Of a stretch of 64,000 bases of DNA, positions 37,401 to 63,300 are shown piece after piece; within the stretch, counting starts at the first letter, position 1, and every line of letters starts with the position of its first letter. The DNA is from Laetmonice hystrix (lineage: Eukaryota). The stretch covers positions 5,704,001-5,768,000 of the forward strand of contig OZ249445.1 of assembly GCA_965235115.1 (NCBI GenBank), written 5' to 3'. Both the position numbers and the translations under genes were made by a program. The notes beneath the pieces are model-generated. The model saw nothing but the letters and a program-made list of their open reading frames with translations. It was not told the DNA's origin and did not search any database.

Positions 37401-39086
37401 GTCGAGGCGAGCGCCACTCTTCAACAACAACAGAACACAGCCACAGTGGCCCTGAAGGGCAGCATGGTGAAGGCTGGTCAGGGCTTGGTAATCCTGTGAC
37501 AACACAATAATATCAGGGTTAGATAGGCCTGTAACAACACAATGATATCAGGGTTAACAGCGTTCAAATTAAGCGGTTGTCGGGGACAACCTAAAATGTT
37601 GTCGGACAACCCTACTTTTCTAGCAGGGTTGTCCGACGGACAACCTCATTTTTTTGGTCTGCTTGATCGACTCACTCTGAGTGGGAAATGATAGGTGACA
37701 TAATCCTCGTGGAGTCGCAAATTTCACACTGAAGAGCGTGAGGATGTTCCAAGCATTGTGGTACAATTCTGGACAACTAGAAATTCCTGCGGACAAGGTT
37801 CCATATATAGGTTGTCCAGCAGACAATTCGAGAAAAAATCCTTAAATTGAACGCTGGTTAACCCCCAACCTCTGCCTTGAATCTGCCACTGTAGGGCTAA
37901 CAGTTGGCACTTGCTAAAATATTTCTGGATAAAGGCGAGTTGAAAGCATCATGGAGGTAGTTGTGAAAATAAGCTGGCTTACATCCAATTAATTATTGAA
38001 CAATTAACAAATTCTAATTTGTGTACCTGCACATTTATCTGGCTGCCAGCTGCCATCAAGACCTTCAGCACCACTTGGTGGCCATGTCTGGCAGCTATCA
38101 TCAGTGGTGTCATCCCACGGCGATCCTAGTGAATAGAATTGGTTGATTTTTTAATTGGTCTATTTGGGTGTCTGCTCCGCAACATAAAACCATTTCACTG
38201 CTTCTTATCAATAATATCTGTTGTTCATCAAAAGTATTTAACTCACCAGAACATCCACAATGGCTCCACTGGTAGAGAGCAGCTGACAAATATCCACACT
38301 GCCCACCTTGGCAGCATAGTGAAGGGCACACATCTTCTTACGATTGGTCTGATTAAGGTTGGCTCCCTGCTCAACCAAAAACTTGACAATTGGCAAGCTT
38401 GCCGCCTCAATGGCAAGCATCAGCTCATTCTCTCCAGTGCTGGTTTGGCTGAACAGTGCACCTGCTGCCACCACACACTCCACCAGAATTGGAAAACCTC
38501 CTCTACATGCATGGTGGAGTGCCGTGAAGTCACCAACATCCCTAAAGTTGAGGTCTACTCCTGCTTCAATCAGACACTGACAAACTTCCAAACTCCCATG
38601 TTTGGCAGCCACCATGACTGGCGACATCTGCTGGATGTCTACAACATTAGTGTTTGCTTGGAACTCAACTAGCAGCTTTGTGCTTTCAGCCTGGTTCACA
38701 GCAGCGGCATAGTGTAACGGGGTTTTGTCTTCAGAGTCCCGCGTGTTAACACTTCCTCCAGCATCTATGAGTGAGCGCATCATATCCACCTTGCTTGTAC
38801 AAGCGATGTAATGTAGAACAGTTTTCCCATGGGAGTCATACCGGTTGACATCAGCACCATGAGCAATGAGTCGTTTGGCAATCTCATCATGATTGTGTTT
38901 AAGTGCAACCAAAAGGAGCGGTTCCTCAGCAGGCGAGTACAAGTTGATGTCTGCCCCCTGAGTGAGTATTTGACACACAGCGGCACCACTGCCTTCCTGT
39001 ACAGCCTCCAGGAGTCCTGTACTGACCACAGAGGGCACCTGGTACTGGTCATCAAAAACTCCACTAGGATCTAACCCTTCAGCCAT
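34494..39086 (-). CDS. Ankyrin repeat and SOCS box-containing (ASB-like) protein, ~762 aa, ~19 ankyrin repeats
   Basis: Exons (minus) 39086-38247, 38125-38027, 37493-37341, 37061-36948, 36515-36308, 36063-35684, 35505-35254, 34736-34494 (TAA); 2289 nt, phase-consistent. Repeated TPLH/TALH..G..V..LL motifs. The last exon (absent from the ORF track) encodes NPRPLRLLSRSIIRQAIG...VQNLPLPVFLREFIL, a SOCS-box pattern. Confidence 0.9.
34777..34922. repeat. 31-bp tandem repeat x5 containing CRE-like sites
   Basis: ataagcagtcaaacactgacgtcagyatttc; perfect TGACGTCA in the first two units. Confidence 0.88.
36796..36885. repeat. 15-bp degenerate repeat x6
   Basis: gaccaaatgtcctct-type units ending in ggatacc. 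Confidence 0.75.
37558..37856. mobile_element. MITE with CAGCGTTCAA(A/T)TTAAG termini in an ankyrin-gene intron
   Basis: 16-bp TIR with one mismatch, internal GGACAA(CC)/GGTTGTCC subrepeats, GTTAA on both flanks. Confidence 0.65.
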
Positions 39087-40425
39087 TATACACCGTCATC
39101 ATCACACTCCTGAGACACATATACCATAGGCTGTATGGTAGCTGCATAGGAATAAATTAAAACATATCAAACAAAGGAGGTGCACACAGTCTTATTACTT
39201 TGAATGCCTACTTGCTGGAGCACCTAATGAAGGTCTCTACACATTTTTGAAATGGATTTTCTTGATGGATCAAACCACTTTCAAGCAAATCTTCATATGA
39301 CCCCACCATTTGCCGGTTATTACACTATTTATTGTAAGTAGAAACAAACACATAACTTTGAAATCGGCATTTGCCATTGTTGCTATAGGCCTTGAGCACA
39401 TTCTTGTCCTGCATAACAGAGAAGGATGGCCACATGATCTAGCTTATGTGTCAGGGATAATTTTGGGCTCCACCATCATGCCATTGGCCTTTTAAAAATC
39501 TACATGGTGCATTAAATGCTGTCTAAATGTGTCTTGATGGCACAGGAATAAAAATCATGACGTGTTGCTTATTCAATAAACCTTCAAACCTACTTTTTGA
39601 CAGGGTTGGCAAAAACCCGGGTTTTAAGCTTATTGCCCAGCCCAGTGTTTACCCGGGTTTTATTCTATTATCTTGAAAACGGCCATAATTCAATTTCATG
39701 GCAGATTTCATATCATCATCACGTTACAGTTAATAAATGTTTGCTCATGTTGATGCCGATGACAGTTTGACGCATCAACTAAATGTCAGAACTTCAGAAT
39801 TGTGTATGGGCCACTATGACTATCAATGATGCTATGGTATGCCTATGCATAGGTACGGCGCCTTTACAATTCTCTAATTAGTAATTACGCCACTGAAAGT
39901 GAAATATGAACTCCACGACGAGGTGTTGTCTTCTATGCTGGCCTGTCGTTTAGTCTAACTGCCCTGCCTCATTTAAAAACACTGCAACTGCAAGCATTGC
40001 ACTGGCAGAACCTGTCAACAAACGAATGAAATGTACCTTATTATCGCCCATGCCACAGTACCCATTTTGCCGTGACCTTAGTTATGATTGCCCATAATGA
40101 TCTCGGTGACTCTCACCATCAGTCGACAGAGTGTTTGCGGTATGGCTGGGGTGTGAGGAATGTATCCTCCACCCTCGGACACTCCACCGCCTCCACACGA
40201 CCACAGCATCACCCCCAGTACTTCACCCCATGGGCCCATCTCACCGAAAGACAGCTTCTCCAAATCACCACCAGGGGCGCGCAGCTTTCCACCACATTCA
40301 CTAGATGGCGCCGTTGTGTCAATCCCCCCGGGGCCGCCTTTTTTGCACCTGTGTACTGTACAGGAATCTAGCCGGAACGCATTCATGAGTGACAGGGCTG
40401 GGGTCGGGGGGGGGGGGGGGGCGAG

Positions 40426-40655
40426 GGGGCCGCGGGGTTCTTCCCCCATGATAACTTTCCCACGAAATGTTTGGGCAGGGGTTAGGGTTAAGGTCAGGGA
40501 TAGGGATAGGGATAGGGATAGGATAGGGATATGTTTTTAGGAGATGTAGGGACTGGGGTTAGGGGTTAGAGATAAGGTCAGGGCCAAGGATCTTTACTTT
40601 CCACCAAATTTCGTGGGGTTTAAGTTATCATGGGCGATCTACCGGCCGCGGCCCC
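40426..40655. mobile_element. Palindromic element with TTAGGG/ATAGGG-like core (possibly Helentron/HINE-related)
   Basis: Inverted blocks GGGGCCGCGG, CCCATGATAACT and CCCACGAAAT at both ends around gggttagggttaagg/gataggg repeats. Confidence 0.55.
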
Positions 40656-40778
40656 CCTTTCGTCAGGGTACCAATCAGAAAAAAGGCAAAATTTTGTTGT
40701 TTGCAACTGTAAAAGCAAACATTTTGCTTTCTCAGAATGCAGGAAATTTCCGGAAATGCCATTTCAGAGACTCTATAG

Positions 40779-43700
40779 ATGTTCAAAATTGTCCCGGGGA
40801 TGGTCTGTGGGGGACACAGATTAGATGGGAAAAGATGATAGACGAAACGTATGGTCTGCCTCCTGGACAATAAAGGCATGGAAACATGAAACATGAGGCG
40901 TCCCTATACTATTGGCTACTCTTGTATACAATCAAACGGTAGGCCCTACAGTACAGGGACGAGGGAGGCCAAACAGTACAGGGAGGAATCGCTAAAAAGC
41001 AAAGTATAGATACTGTCTGGCCTAGCACCCAAGCGAACACTACAGTGAGGCCAAAGAGTACAGTGAGGCCAAACAGTACACTGTGGGGCCAAGCAGTGTG
41101 GGAGGCCAACCAGTAGAGTAAGCCCCTACATCTTACCGGCTGGCCCATAGGAGCCATGCAAACACTACAGTGAGGTAGTGGAAATGAAAGGTACAGACGA
41201 GGAGCATCTAATGTTAAAATCTGCCTCCTGGACAATAAAGGCATGGAAACATGAAACATGAGGCGTCCCTATACTATTGGCTACTCTTGTATACAAGCAA
41301 ACGGTACAGGGAGGCCAAACAGTACAGGGAGGAATCGCTACAAGGTATACTGTCTGGCCTAGCACCCAAGCGAACACTACAGTGAGGCCAACGAGTACAG
41401 TGAGGCCAACAGTACACTGTGGGGCCAAGCAGTCCGTGTAGAGTGAGAAGTCTCTACATCTTACCGGCTGGCCCATATAGTAGCCATGCAAACACTACAG
41501 TGAGGTGGTGGAAATGAAAGGTACAGGCGAGGAGCATCTAATGTTAAAATCTGGAAAAGATACTCAAATGGGAAGTGTACACATCACAACCATATATCTG
41601 TAGCGAACGTACGAGACCTATAGGTCCGACAGTTATACATCTGGCCTAAGAATAATAATTTTGGGGGGCGTAGTTTAAATTTGACGTATCAAAAATGAAG
41701 CCATTTTTCGCTTATCATTGTCTCTCGCCTAAGAGCCAGAGGTGCCTGCCAGCCGGGCCAGGTGTAGGTGGTGATTCCACCGCTGGCCGGAAGACGGCAG
41801 TGCAGTCAGCGCCGCCGCCGCCCTTCAGTGGAGCTGCGCTGCACCCTGGTGTTTTCTGCCTGCAATATCTCTGTGTCATCTTTCTTTGTTTGTTACTTGG
41901 GGATGGGATATCTGATATAGAAAAGGCGTACAACGTCATTTGCCATTGTTAACTAAACCTTGGCGGCAAACAGTCATTGAGACGACCTCACAACGTTGTC
42001 GGACGCTTACAGATGGTCTGTAGGGGACACAGATTAGATGGGAGTAGATGATAGACGAAACGTATGGTCTGCCTCCTGGACAATAAAGGCATGGAAACAT
42101 GAAACATGAGGCGTCCCTATACTATTGGCTACTCTAAACGGTACAGGGAGTCCAAACAGTACAGGGAGGAATCGCTACAAGGTATACTGTCTGGCCTAGC
42201 ACCCAAGCGAACACTACAGTGAGGCCAAACAGTACACTGCACATGGGGCCAAGCAGAGTGGGAGGCCAACCAGTAGAGTTACAAGTCCCTACATCTTACC
42301 GGCTGGCCCATAGTAGCCATGCAAACACTACAGTGAGGTAGTGGAAATGAAAGGTACAGACGAGGAGCATCTAATTTAAAATCTGGAATAGATACTCAAA
42401 TGGGAAGTGTACACATCACAACCATATATCTGTAGCGAACGTACGAGACCTATAGGTCTGACACTTATACATCTGGCCTAAGAATAATAATTTTGGGGGG
42501 GCGTAGTTTCAATTTGACGTATCAAAAGTGAAGCCATTTTTCGCTTATCATTGTCTCTCGCCTAAGAGCCAGAGGTGCCTGCCAGCCGGGCCAGGTGTAG
42601 GTGGTGATTCCACCGCTGGCCGGAAGATGGCAGTACAGTCAGCGCCGCCGCCGCGCTTCAGTGGAGCTGCGCTGCACCCAGGTGTTTTCTGCCTGCAACA
42701 TCTCTGTGTCATCTTTCTTTCTTTGTTACTTGGGGATGGGATATCTGATATAGAAAAGGCGTACAACGTCATTTGCCATTGTTAACTAAACCTTGACGGC
42801 AAACAGTCATGGAGACGACCTCACAACGTTGTCGGACGCTTACAGATGGTCTGTAGGGGACACAGATTAGATGGGAGTAGATGATAGACGAAACGTATGG
42901 TCTGCCTCCTGGACAATAAAGGCATGGAAACATGAAACATGAGGCGTCCCTATACTATTGGCTACTCTAAATGGTAAAGGGAGGCCAAACAGTACAGGGA
43001 GGAATCGCTACAAGGTATACTGTCTGGCCTAGCACCCAAGCGAACACTACAGTGAGGCCAAACAGTACACTGCACATGGGGCCAAGCAGAGTGGGAGGCC
43101 AACCAGTAGAGTTAGAAGTCCCTACATCTTACCGGCTGGCCCATAGTAGCCATGCAAACACTACAGTGAGGTAGTGGAAATGAAAGGTACAGACGAGGAG
43201 CATCTAATTTAAAATCTGGAATAGATACTCAAATGGGAAGTGTACACATCACAACCATATATCTGTAGCGAACGTACGAGACCTATAGGTCTGACACTTA
43301 TACATCTGGCCTAAGAATAATAATTTTGGGGGGGCGTAGTTTCAATTTGACGTATCAAAAGTGAAGCCATTTTTCGCTTATCATTGTCTCTCGCCTAAGA
43401 GCCAGAGGTGCCTGCCAGCCGGGCCAGGTGTAGGTGGTGATTCCACCGCTGGCCGGAAGATGGCAGTACAGTCAGCGCCGCCGCCGCGCTTCAGTGGAGC
43501 TGCGCTGCACCCAGGTGTTTTCTGCCTGCAACATCTCTGTGTCATCTTTCTTTCTTTGTTACTTGGGGATGGGATATCTGATATAGAAAAGGCGTACAAC
43601 GTCATTTGCCATTGTTAACTAAACCTTGACGGCAAACAGTCATGGAGACGACCTCACAACGTTGTCGGACGCTTACAGATGGTCTGTAGGGGACACAGAT

Positions 43701-44918
43701 TAGATGGGAGTAGATGATAGACGAAACGTATGGTCTGCCTCCTGGACAATAAAGGCATGGAAACATGAAACATGAGGCGTCCCTATACTATTGGCTACTC
43801 TAAATGGTAAAGGGAGGCCAAACAGTACAGGGAGGAATCGCTACAAGGTATACTGTCTGGCCTAGCACCCAAGCGAACACTACAGTGAGGCCAAACAGTA
43901 CACTGCACATGGGGCCAAGCAGAGTGGGAGGCCAACCAGTAGAGTTAGAAGTCCCTACATCTTACCGGCTGGCCCATAGTAGCCATGCAAACACTATAGT
44001 GAGGTAGTGGAAATGAAAGGTACAGGCGAGGAGCATCTAATGTTAAAATCTGGAGAAGATACTTAAATAGGAAGTGTACACATCACAACCATATATCTGT
44101 AGCGAACGTACGAGACCTATAGGTCTGACAGTTATACATCTGGCCTAAGAATAATAATTTTGGGGGGCGTAGTTTCAATTTGACGTATCAAAAATGAAGC
44201 CATTTTTCGCTTATCATTGTCTCTCGCCTAAGAGCCAGAGGTGCCTGCCAGCCGGGCCAGGTGTAGGTGGTGATTCCACCGCTGGCCGGAAGACGGCAGT
44301 ACAGTCAGCGCCGCCGCCGCGCTTCAGTGGAGCTGCGCGGCACCCTGGTGTTTTCTGCCTGCAACATCTCTGTGTCATCTTTCTTTGTTTGTTACTTGGG
44401 GATGGGATATCTGTTTTAGAAAAGGCGTACAACGTCATTTGCCATTGTTAACTAAACCTTGACGGCAAACAGTCATTGAGACGACCTCACAACGTTGTCG
44501 GACGCTTACAGATGGTCTGTAGGGGACACAGATTAGATGGGAGTGGATGATAGACGAAACGTATGGTCTGCCTCCTGGACAATAAAGGCATGGAAACATG
44601 AAACATGAGGCGTCCCTATACTATTGGCTACTCTAAATGGTAAAGGGAGGCCAAACAGTACAGGGAGGAATCGCTACAAGGTATACTGTCTGGCCTAGCA
44701 CCCAAGCGAACACTACAGTGAGGCCAAACAGTACACTGTGGGGCCAAGCAGAGTGGGAGGCCAACCAGTAGAGTTAGAAGTCCCTACATCTTACCGGCTG
44801 GCCCATAGTAGCCATGCAAACACTATAGTGAGGTAGTGGAAATGAAAGGTACAGGCGAGGAGCATCAAATGTTAAAATCTGGAGAAGATACTCAAATAGG
44901 AAGTGTATACATCACAAC
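40779..44918. repeat. Tandem array of an 833-bp unit (~4.1 kb)
   Basis: Anchor GATGGTCTGTAGGGGACACAG at 42012, 42845, 43678, 44511 (exact 833 spacing); first unit (40779, anchor variant) is ~1233 bp with an internal duplication; last copy partial. Confidence 0.96.
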
Positions 44919-45254
44919 ACTGTGGTGCTCACCAGTGTTGCCAAGAACCGACTGAAATTAACCAGACACAGCTGCCTTTGAGCAATCCGGGACTATAATT
45001 ATTTATCAGTGTAATACTATATCTCTTCCTCTTATTCCCGACAGATCTCTCCAACTTCTTCTTCTTCCTTTTATCCCCCCCCCCCCCCCCCCACCTCCTA
45101 TCCGACCCCAGTGAGCCGCTCCTTCAGGCGGGACCAGGCAGGGCAGGCAGGTAAGAGGCTCGAATCCCCAGCATTGCTAGCGTTATTTAAAAGTTAAATT
45201 TTGTCGAATAGCCGATGCCAAACGACATTTGAGATTTTCAGCTCTCGCCGGCGT

Positions 45255-45329
45255 CTCACACGGGAATCGAACCAGGAAAACAGTTGCGACACGCTAAGTT
45301 CTAGACCCTAACCACTGGGCTACAGAAAC
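45255..45329 (-). pseudogene. tRNA-derived pseudogene or SINE head with Pol III A and B boxes
   Basis: GTTTCTGTAGCCCAGTGGTTAGGGT...CCTGGTTCGATTCCCG: A box 45322-45312, B box 45273-45263; D stem pairs but anticodon and acceptor stems are broken. Confidence 0.6.
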
Positions 45330-45608
45330 TATTAAATATTTCCGAGGTCTATCTTACTTAGAGTCTACTTACTTTGGAAACGCGGGACGAGAATCGACAA
45401 CGCGCGGCACGAGAGTCGCCAAACCTGCGCGCTATTTGAGAATCTGGGGAAAAAACGCGCCAAAAGGTTATGGCTATGGGCCACGTGCGCCGAGGACACC
45501 AGGTCAACCGGGTTTGAAGTTCCAGTTGGATGGTTAAAGCAGTGGGCGTCCCTTTAGTCAGATGAGATCCAATAAGACTCGGTCTTCCACACTGGGGTAC
45601 GCACGGCG

Positions 45609-45614
45609 TATAAA
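45609..45614 (+). promoter_or_regulatory. Possible TATA box of the ABCC gene
   Basis: TATAAA 35 nt upstream of ATG 45649; in-frame TGA at 45640 closes the frame upstream. Motif only. Confidence 0.25.
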
Positions 45615-45648
45615 TTCAGTGTACAGTGTAGTAGGCTACTGAGATGAG

Positions 45649-58572
<12,924 letters not shown>

Positions 58573-60359
58573 AACAAAGGTGGTCGAGTCTGACTGAGAC
58601 ATAGTCGAGCAGGCCCGGAAGGGGCTGTTTCCAAGGGAAGTTTTTAAGGGCGCAGAAATCTATGTAGGGCCTACGGGACCCGGAGGTATGCTCCCCGAAG
58701 AATCTGAATTGAAAAATGCATTTCCTGCAGTTTTGGGGGCTACAAAAGTATGTTTTATTTGCTTTACATGGTTAAAAAATGTTTTTTATTTGGATTTTCA
58801 TCTTTACCAGGCGAACCTTGACTGGCCCTCCCGATCCCTGTCTACGTGCCTATATCGTCTTCCCGGGTATTTTCTGTCCCCAATTGTGAAATTATAATAG
58901 GTCAAATAAGGTGCCCGAGAGAGGGCTAAGGGATAATAGCACACCGCCAGGCACGCATGAGCCAGGAGATGATACACTTTTACTTAAAAAATTGAGGGGT
59001 TGGGTGCAATAAAATATCCTAAACCACATAGTTGTTGTTTTGAGATAATTGAATTTAAAGATTTTGATCACCAATAGAATGAGACATTGCGCGTAGCTTC
59101 AGTATTATATCCAGACAGCAGAGACATCTTGCGGCGGAGACTGGCTAAGACCGTCTTCATGAGCCCTACTGCATGGTCACACTGGTGATACGTCATAGAC
59201 CGGTCATGTGAGTATGCCACCACCCGGCATCACCTGGAACCACTGGTACCAATGGTCACCACCAGAGGGGGCATGGACCTTTTATATGTACTATTAGGCC
59301 CTACTTTACAATGTAAATGTATTCGACATGCAGGCATATAGCATGAAAGATATTTTAGATCAATTAGTGTATTTTGTTAGTGTTTTATTATATGGTCTTG
59401 TGTTGATGTCTGACGAGGCCTAGAATATGGGAAGGGGCGGGGCGGGTGGAGATAGTCCTTCCATTCCAAGAATTTAACTTGCAATATGCCCGGAGAATTA
59501 GACTCGCATGCATGTTGGCCTACTTGTTTAGGACGTCTTGGTTATATATACATGTACATATACATGTAGTGGGCCAAAACTAAATACATTGTACAACCAC
59601 GAACATTACAAAACAGGAAGAAAAATTATGGTGACAAATGCTTTATTCATTCCTTTATTTCAAGCGTCAAAATGAAGATATTCACATATGTGATGACCAC
59701 CGGCAAACGTGGGCTTGTCTCCAGCGGATGTACCGTCCTGATGGTACCCTGTCCACCACATGGAGGTTCTCAACTAGACATCATGACAACCTCAACATAT
59801 CATGACCTGGACATTCAATTTAAGCAGTAAGTAGGTTTTCTTTATAAACACAGAATTGTAACCTCGCCTGAAATCCTGGCTGTGATACCACGTCTCCACT
59901 GGATGGTGAACTGGCGGTCATTTTGTTTTCTGTGTGCAAAGTGAAAACTGGAATGTGGGCTTTGTGATTAAAGTCATTACACATTTTATCCTCTATATAT
60001 GTTTAAGAATATCAATAACAAAAATCATTCATTTCAATACTAACACTTCAGGTCTGGAAAAATTGCACATCACTGCCACAATGAATTTTGTTTAAAAATA
60101 CATGTACAATGAATAACACCAACACAGAGCCTGATAGCTGATAGAGTTAAGCCCACAGTTTTAGGGTGCCAGATTCTCCCCTGATCCAGTGTTCTCTGTA
60201 CAATGGTTCCTGATCTCATGGCTGTCAGGAAGGTATAAGCCGACATGCCTGTAAGTCAGACATCACGTTCAGCTCAGCAGAGTCTATGTAGTTTAAGTCC
60301 CTGGTATGACGTTACATCGCGCAGCAGAGACAGCGACTCTTGGACCTCTCTGGGCTGTC

Positions 60360-63300
60360 TTAGACTTTCACTCCTTCCTCTGCCTGTTCATCAGCCTCCA
60401 TTTCACCCTCACCGTTCTCAACTTCACTCTCTTTCATTTCTGTTTTCTCCTCTGTCTTGTTCTGAACTTCAAGCTGAAAAAGACAGAATGAAGGCTTCTT
60501 AACACACTGTGTAGTTGGGCGGGACACCCATCACCTGCACTTCGGATGGAGCAGGGTCTGTGATTGGTACAGCTGCTGCCATGGAAACTGATTCCTTAGT
60601 CACTCATCATCACTCTGTCTACTGTAATCAATGTTCTTGTCATATTTGGGTTCCGGCATCTTTTCTCCGAAAGCTTCCATTTCTTGTTCAATTGACATCA
60701 TGCCCTTGGCCATGTCATTGTGCCATTCTCCAATCTCATTTAGACCGTCCACCGAGGGGTTGCGTAAACTCTCCTGCTCTTGCCACTACAAAATATAGAC
60801 CACATCTTTAAAACCTGAGGGTTGACACTAGGGGTCCTAATTTGTGAATTATGGGGGCCGTCCTGCAGTAGCCATTGAAAAAATAGTGACCCCCCAAAAA
60901 AAAAAAAAAAAAAAAAAATTAAAATAGGAAAATGCTGGACAGAGACCTTCTACATTTTCAAAGATTTAAGCCTATGTTGGAAGCCTAGTGTTCCCACAAG
61001 TCTATAGTGATTTCAAACAGTTTTTAGTTGGATTTGGTCATTTTTGAGGTGACCCCTCCCAATTGTTGTCTTGAACTGTCTGAGTGGTGACACCTATCTA
61101 GACTTTTAACAAATGTTCGCATACTAATGGAATCGTATCAACGGTACCCTAATTGACAATTATTGATACAACTGACTCCTTGTACCAATGTGAATCACTG
61201 ATAGTAACGACAAATCTGATTGTACCGGTACTCAATGCCAATGGGGTACATTAGACGCATGCGCAATGGGGATTTCAAGTCAAATCCGCAAGGCGGCAGC
61301 ACTGTGCAAGCAGTCCTTGCTGCAGTACGTTAGCATAAGTTTAGATAGGACGAAGAAATGCTAATGTGCTGTAGGATGACCTAACCTCATCATTACTAAA
61401 TAATATTAACTCATTTGGACTAAAGTGAATGAAAGAAGTTTAAAAATTGTCATAACTTTTTAGAACAAATGTCGGTATGGCAACCAGCCACAGATTAGCA
61501 GATATCAGCCTATCTAATTCTATGCTAAAATGTCGCCTCCTGAACCGCTTGCACAGTGCTGCCGCCATGCGGAAAAAGCGGCGACCATGTTCCCCATTCT
61601 GTTCTGATCGTACAAGCATTGATATCTGGACCGTCACCTACTCAAGCTACACTAAACATAAACCCAACTTCTGGTTGCCTATTTTAATGAGCAATAATGA
61701 CAGCTTTTTCCATCAGTATCAGTCTTGAAGTTGAAGGACCACTAAATAGGACCACTCAGTAAACCTATCTCAGCCAATTGTCTGCCTCTATGGAGCCACC
61801 CCTTTCCCACTAGATTGCCAAGTTCACCTGAGATCCTTCCATACTTTCTTGTCTCTAGACTTAGGCCGAGTCTACTGGAGAGTTATCATGGGATTTTTAT
61901 AACATGAAAACAGTATTTCAGGTACAGTAAACGTGACATGAAAACCTCAACTAAAACTTCAACTCAACTTCATGACCTGTGTATTACATGGATGGTATCT
62001 TAAGAATGCAGATATTTTGACATAGGTTCGTAAGTTTGTTGCAAAATTTTACTTAATAATTCGTGTTTTACTTTTAGGGAGAAAATATGAATACACTTAA
62101 AACAAATCAATGAAAGCCTTGATTCAGCTTACCGCAGCATCAACCTTAGCGAATTTCTGGAACATGCCAGCATAGGTTCTCTTCTCCTTCTCCTTGGCCT
62201 CCTTAATCATCTGGTTGGAGATGACGACCTGGTTCTTGGCTGCCTTGTTGTTGGGATCCACTTCCAGAACTGCACGGAAGTCCTTCACTGCCTCCTCGTA
62301 GTCCTTCATGTTAAAACGTGCCTGGAAAGGTGAGCAGACAAATAAAACTCCATTATCATACCTCCAGTATTCCACCAACTATACGAGGTTGAAATCTGAA
62401 AGTTTCCAACTTTTTTCTCCCAGGAAATACATGAGAATTTTCCACTACCTGGGTCACAACTGATGGGAGGAGGAATTCGGCTGCAGATGACATTGAAAAT
62501 CAGCTTGATGGAAATCACTCTAGATGTTCTTGATTCGATTCAGATTTTTTGTCTACATGAAGCCTGAGATGAGGGAGTACTGACCTGACCCCTCCTGAAG
62601 AGCCCCTTGTCACTCTTGGGGTTAAGCTCCAGTGCCTTGTCGCAGTGCTCGATAGTCTTGCTGTTGTCGCCTAGCTTTAGTTTACACATGGCCAGGTTGA
62701 GATAGACAGCTAACATGAGCGCCTCTCTTTTGTCCTTGTCATCACCCTCAAGGCTAGTCTCAAACTGGAGGAAGTCTATCACTTTCTGATAGAACTTGAC
62801 AGCCACTGTGAATTTCCCACTCTAAAACAAAGGTTGTGACAAAGGGTCTCGTTAGGCAGGTGTTTCTGAAAACACCTATTCTCTCAGTATTATTTTCTAA
62901 ATATTCATGGCAACAAAGCCCATTACTACATTTGCAACGTTTACCAGAATAATCTTGCTCTTTTGTTAAGTACTGGTCTAATTGCCATAAACACTGCCTG
63001 TGTGTTAATGGCCATAAACACTGCCTGTGTGTTAATGGTCATAAACACTGCCTGTGTGTTAATTGCCATAAACACTGCCTGTGTGTTAATGGCCATAAAC
63101 ACTCTGTGTCCTAATGGTAACAAATACTGCCTGTGTATCACTTCTATGCTATTTCACCAGTCCACTTTATCATTTTTAACCTACCTTGAAGTAGTTTGAC
63201 CCTTTAGATTTCATTATTTCCGACTGTTCCAGCTTCTCTTTTGTCTCCATTTCCCATGATTCTTTTGCCTGAAACATATTTCCACAACATCTACTGATAC

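Noticed and set aside
41752-41830. HDV-like ribozyme on the minus strand of the 833-bp unit (GCC-N7-GGC-CAGCGGT-GG)
   Set aside because: P3 and spacing fit, but P1 has a G-G mismatch, L3 lacks the conserved U and G, and no P2 partner follows a C-N-A junction. An RNArobo or Infernal scan would settle it.
41695-44451. Four copies of an 85-aa ORF and a 74-aa antisense ORF as a tandem gene family
   Set aside because: No recognisable homology or splice structure; the ATG is GTG in two copies; conservation only reflects repeat identity.
45255-45329. Functional tRNA gene
   Set aside because: Anticodon and acceptor stems do not pair.
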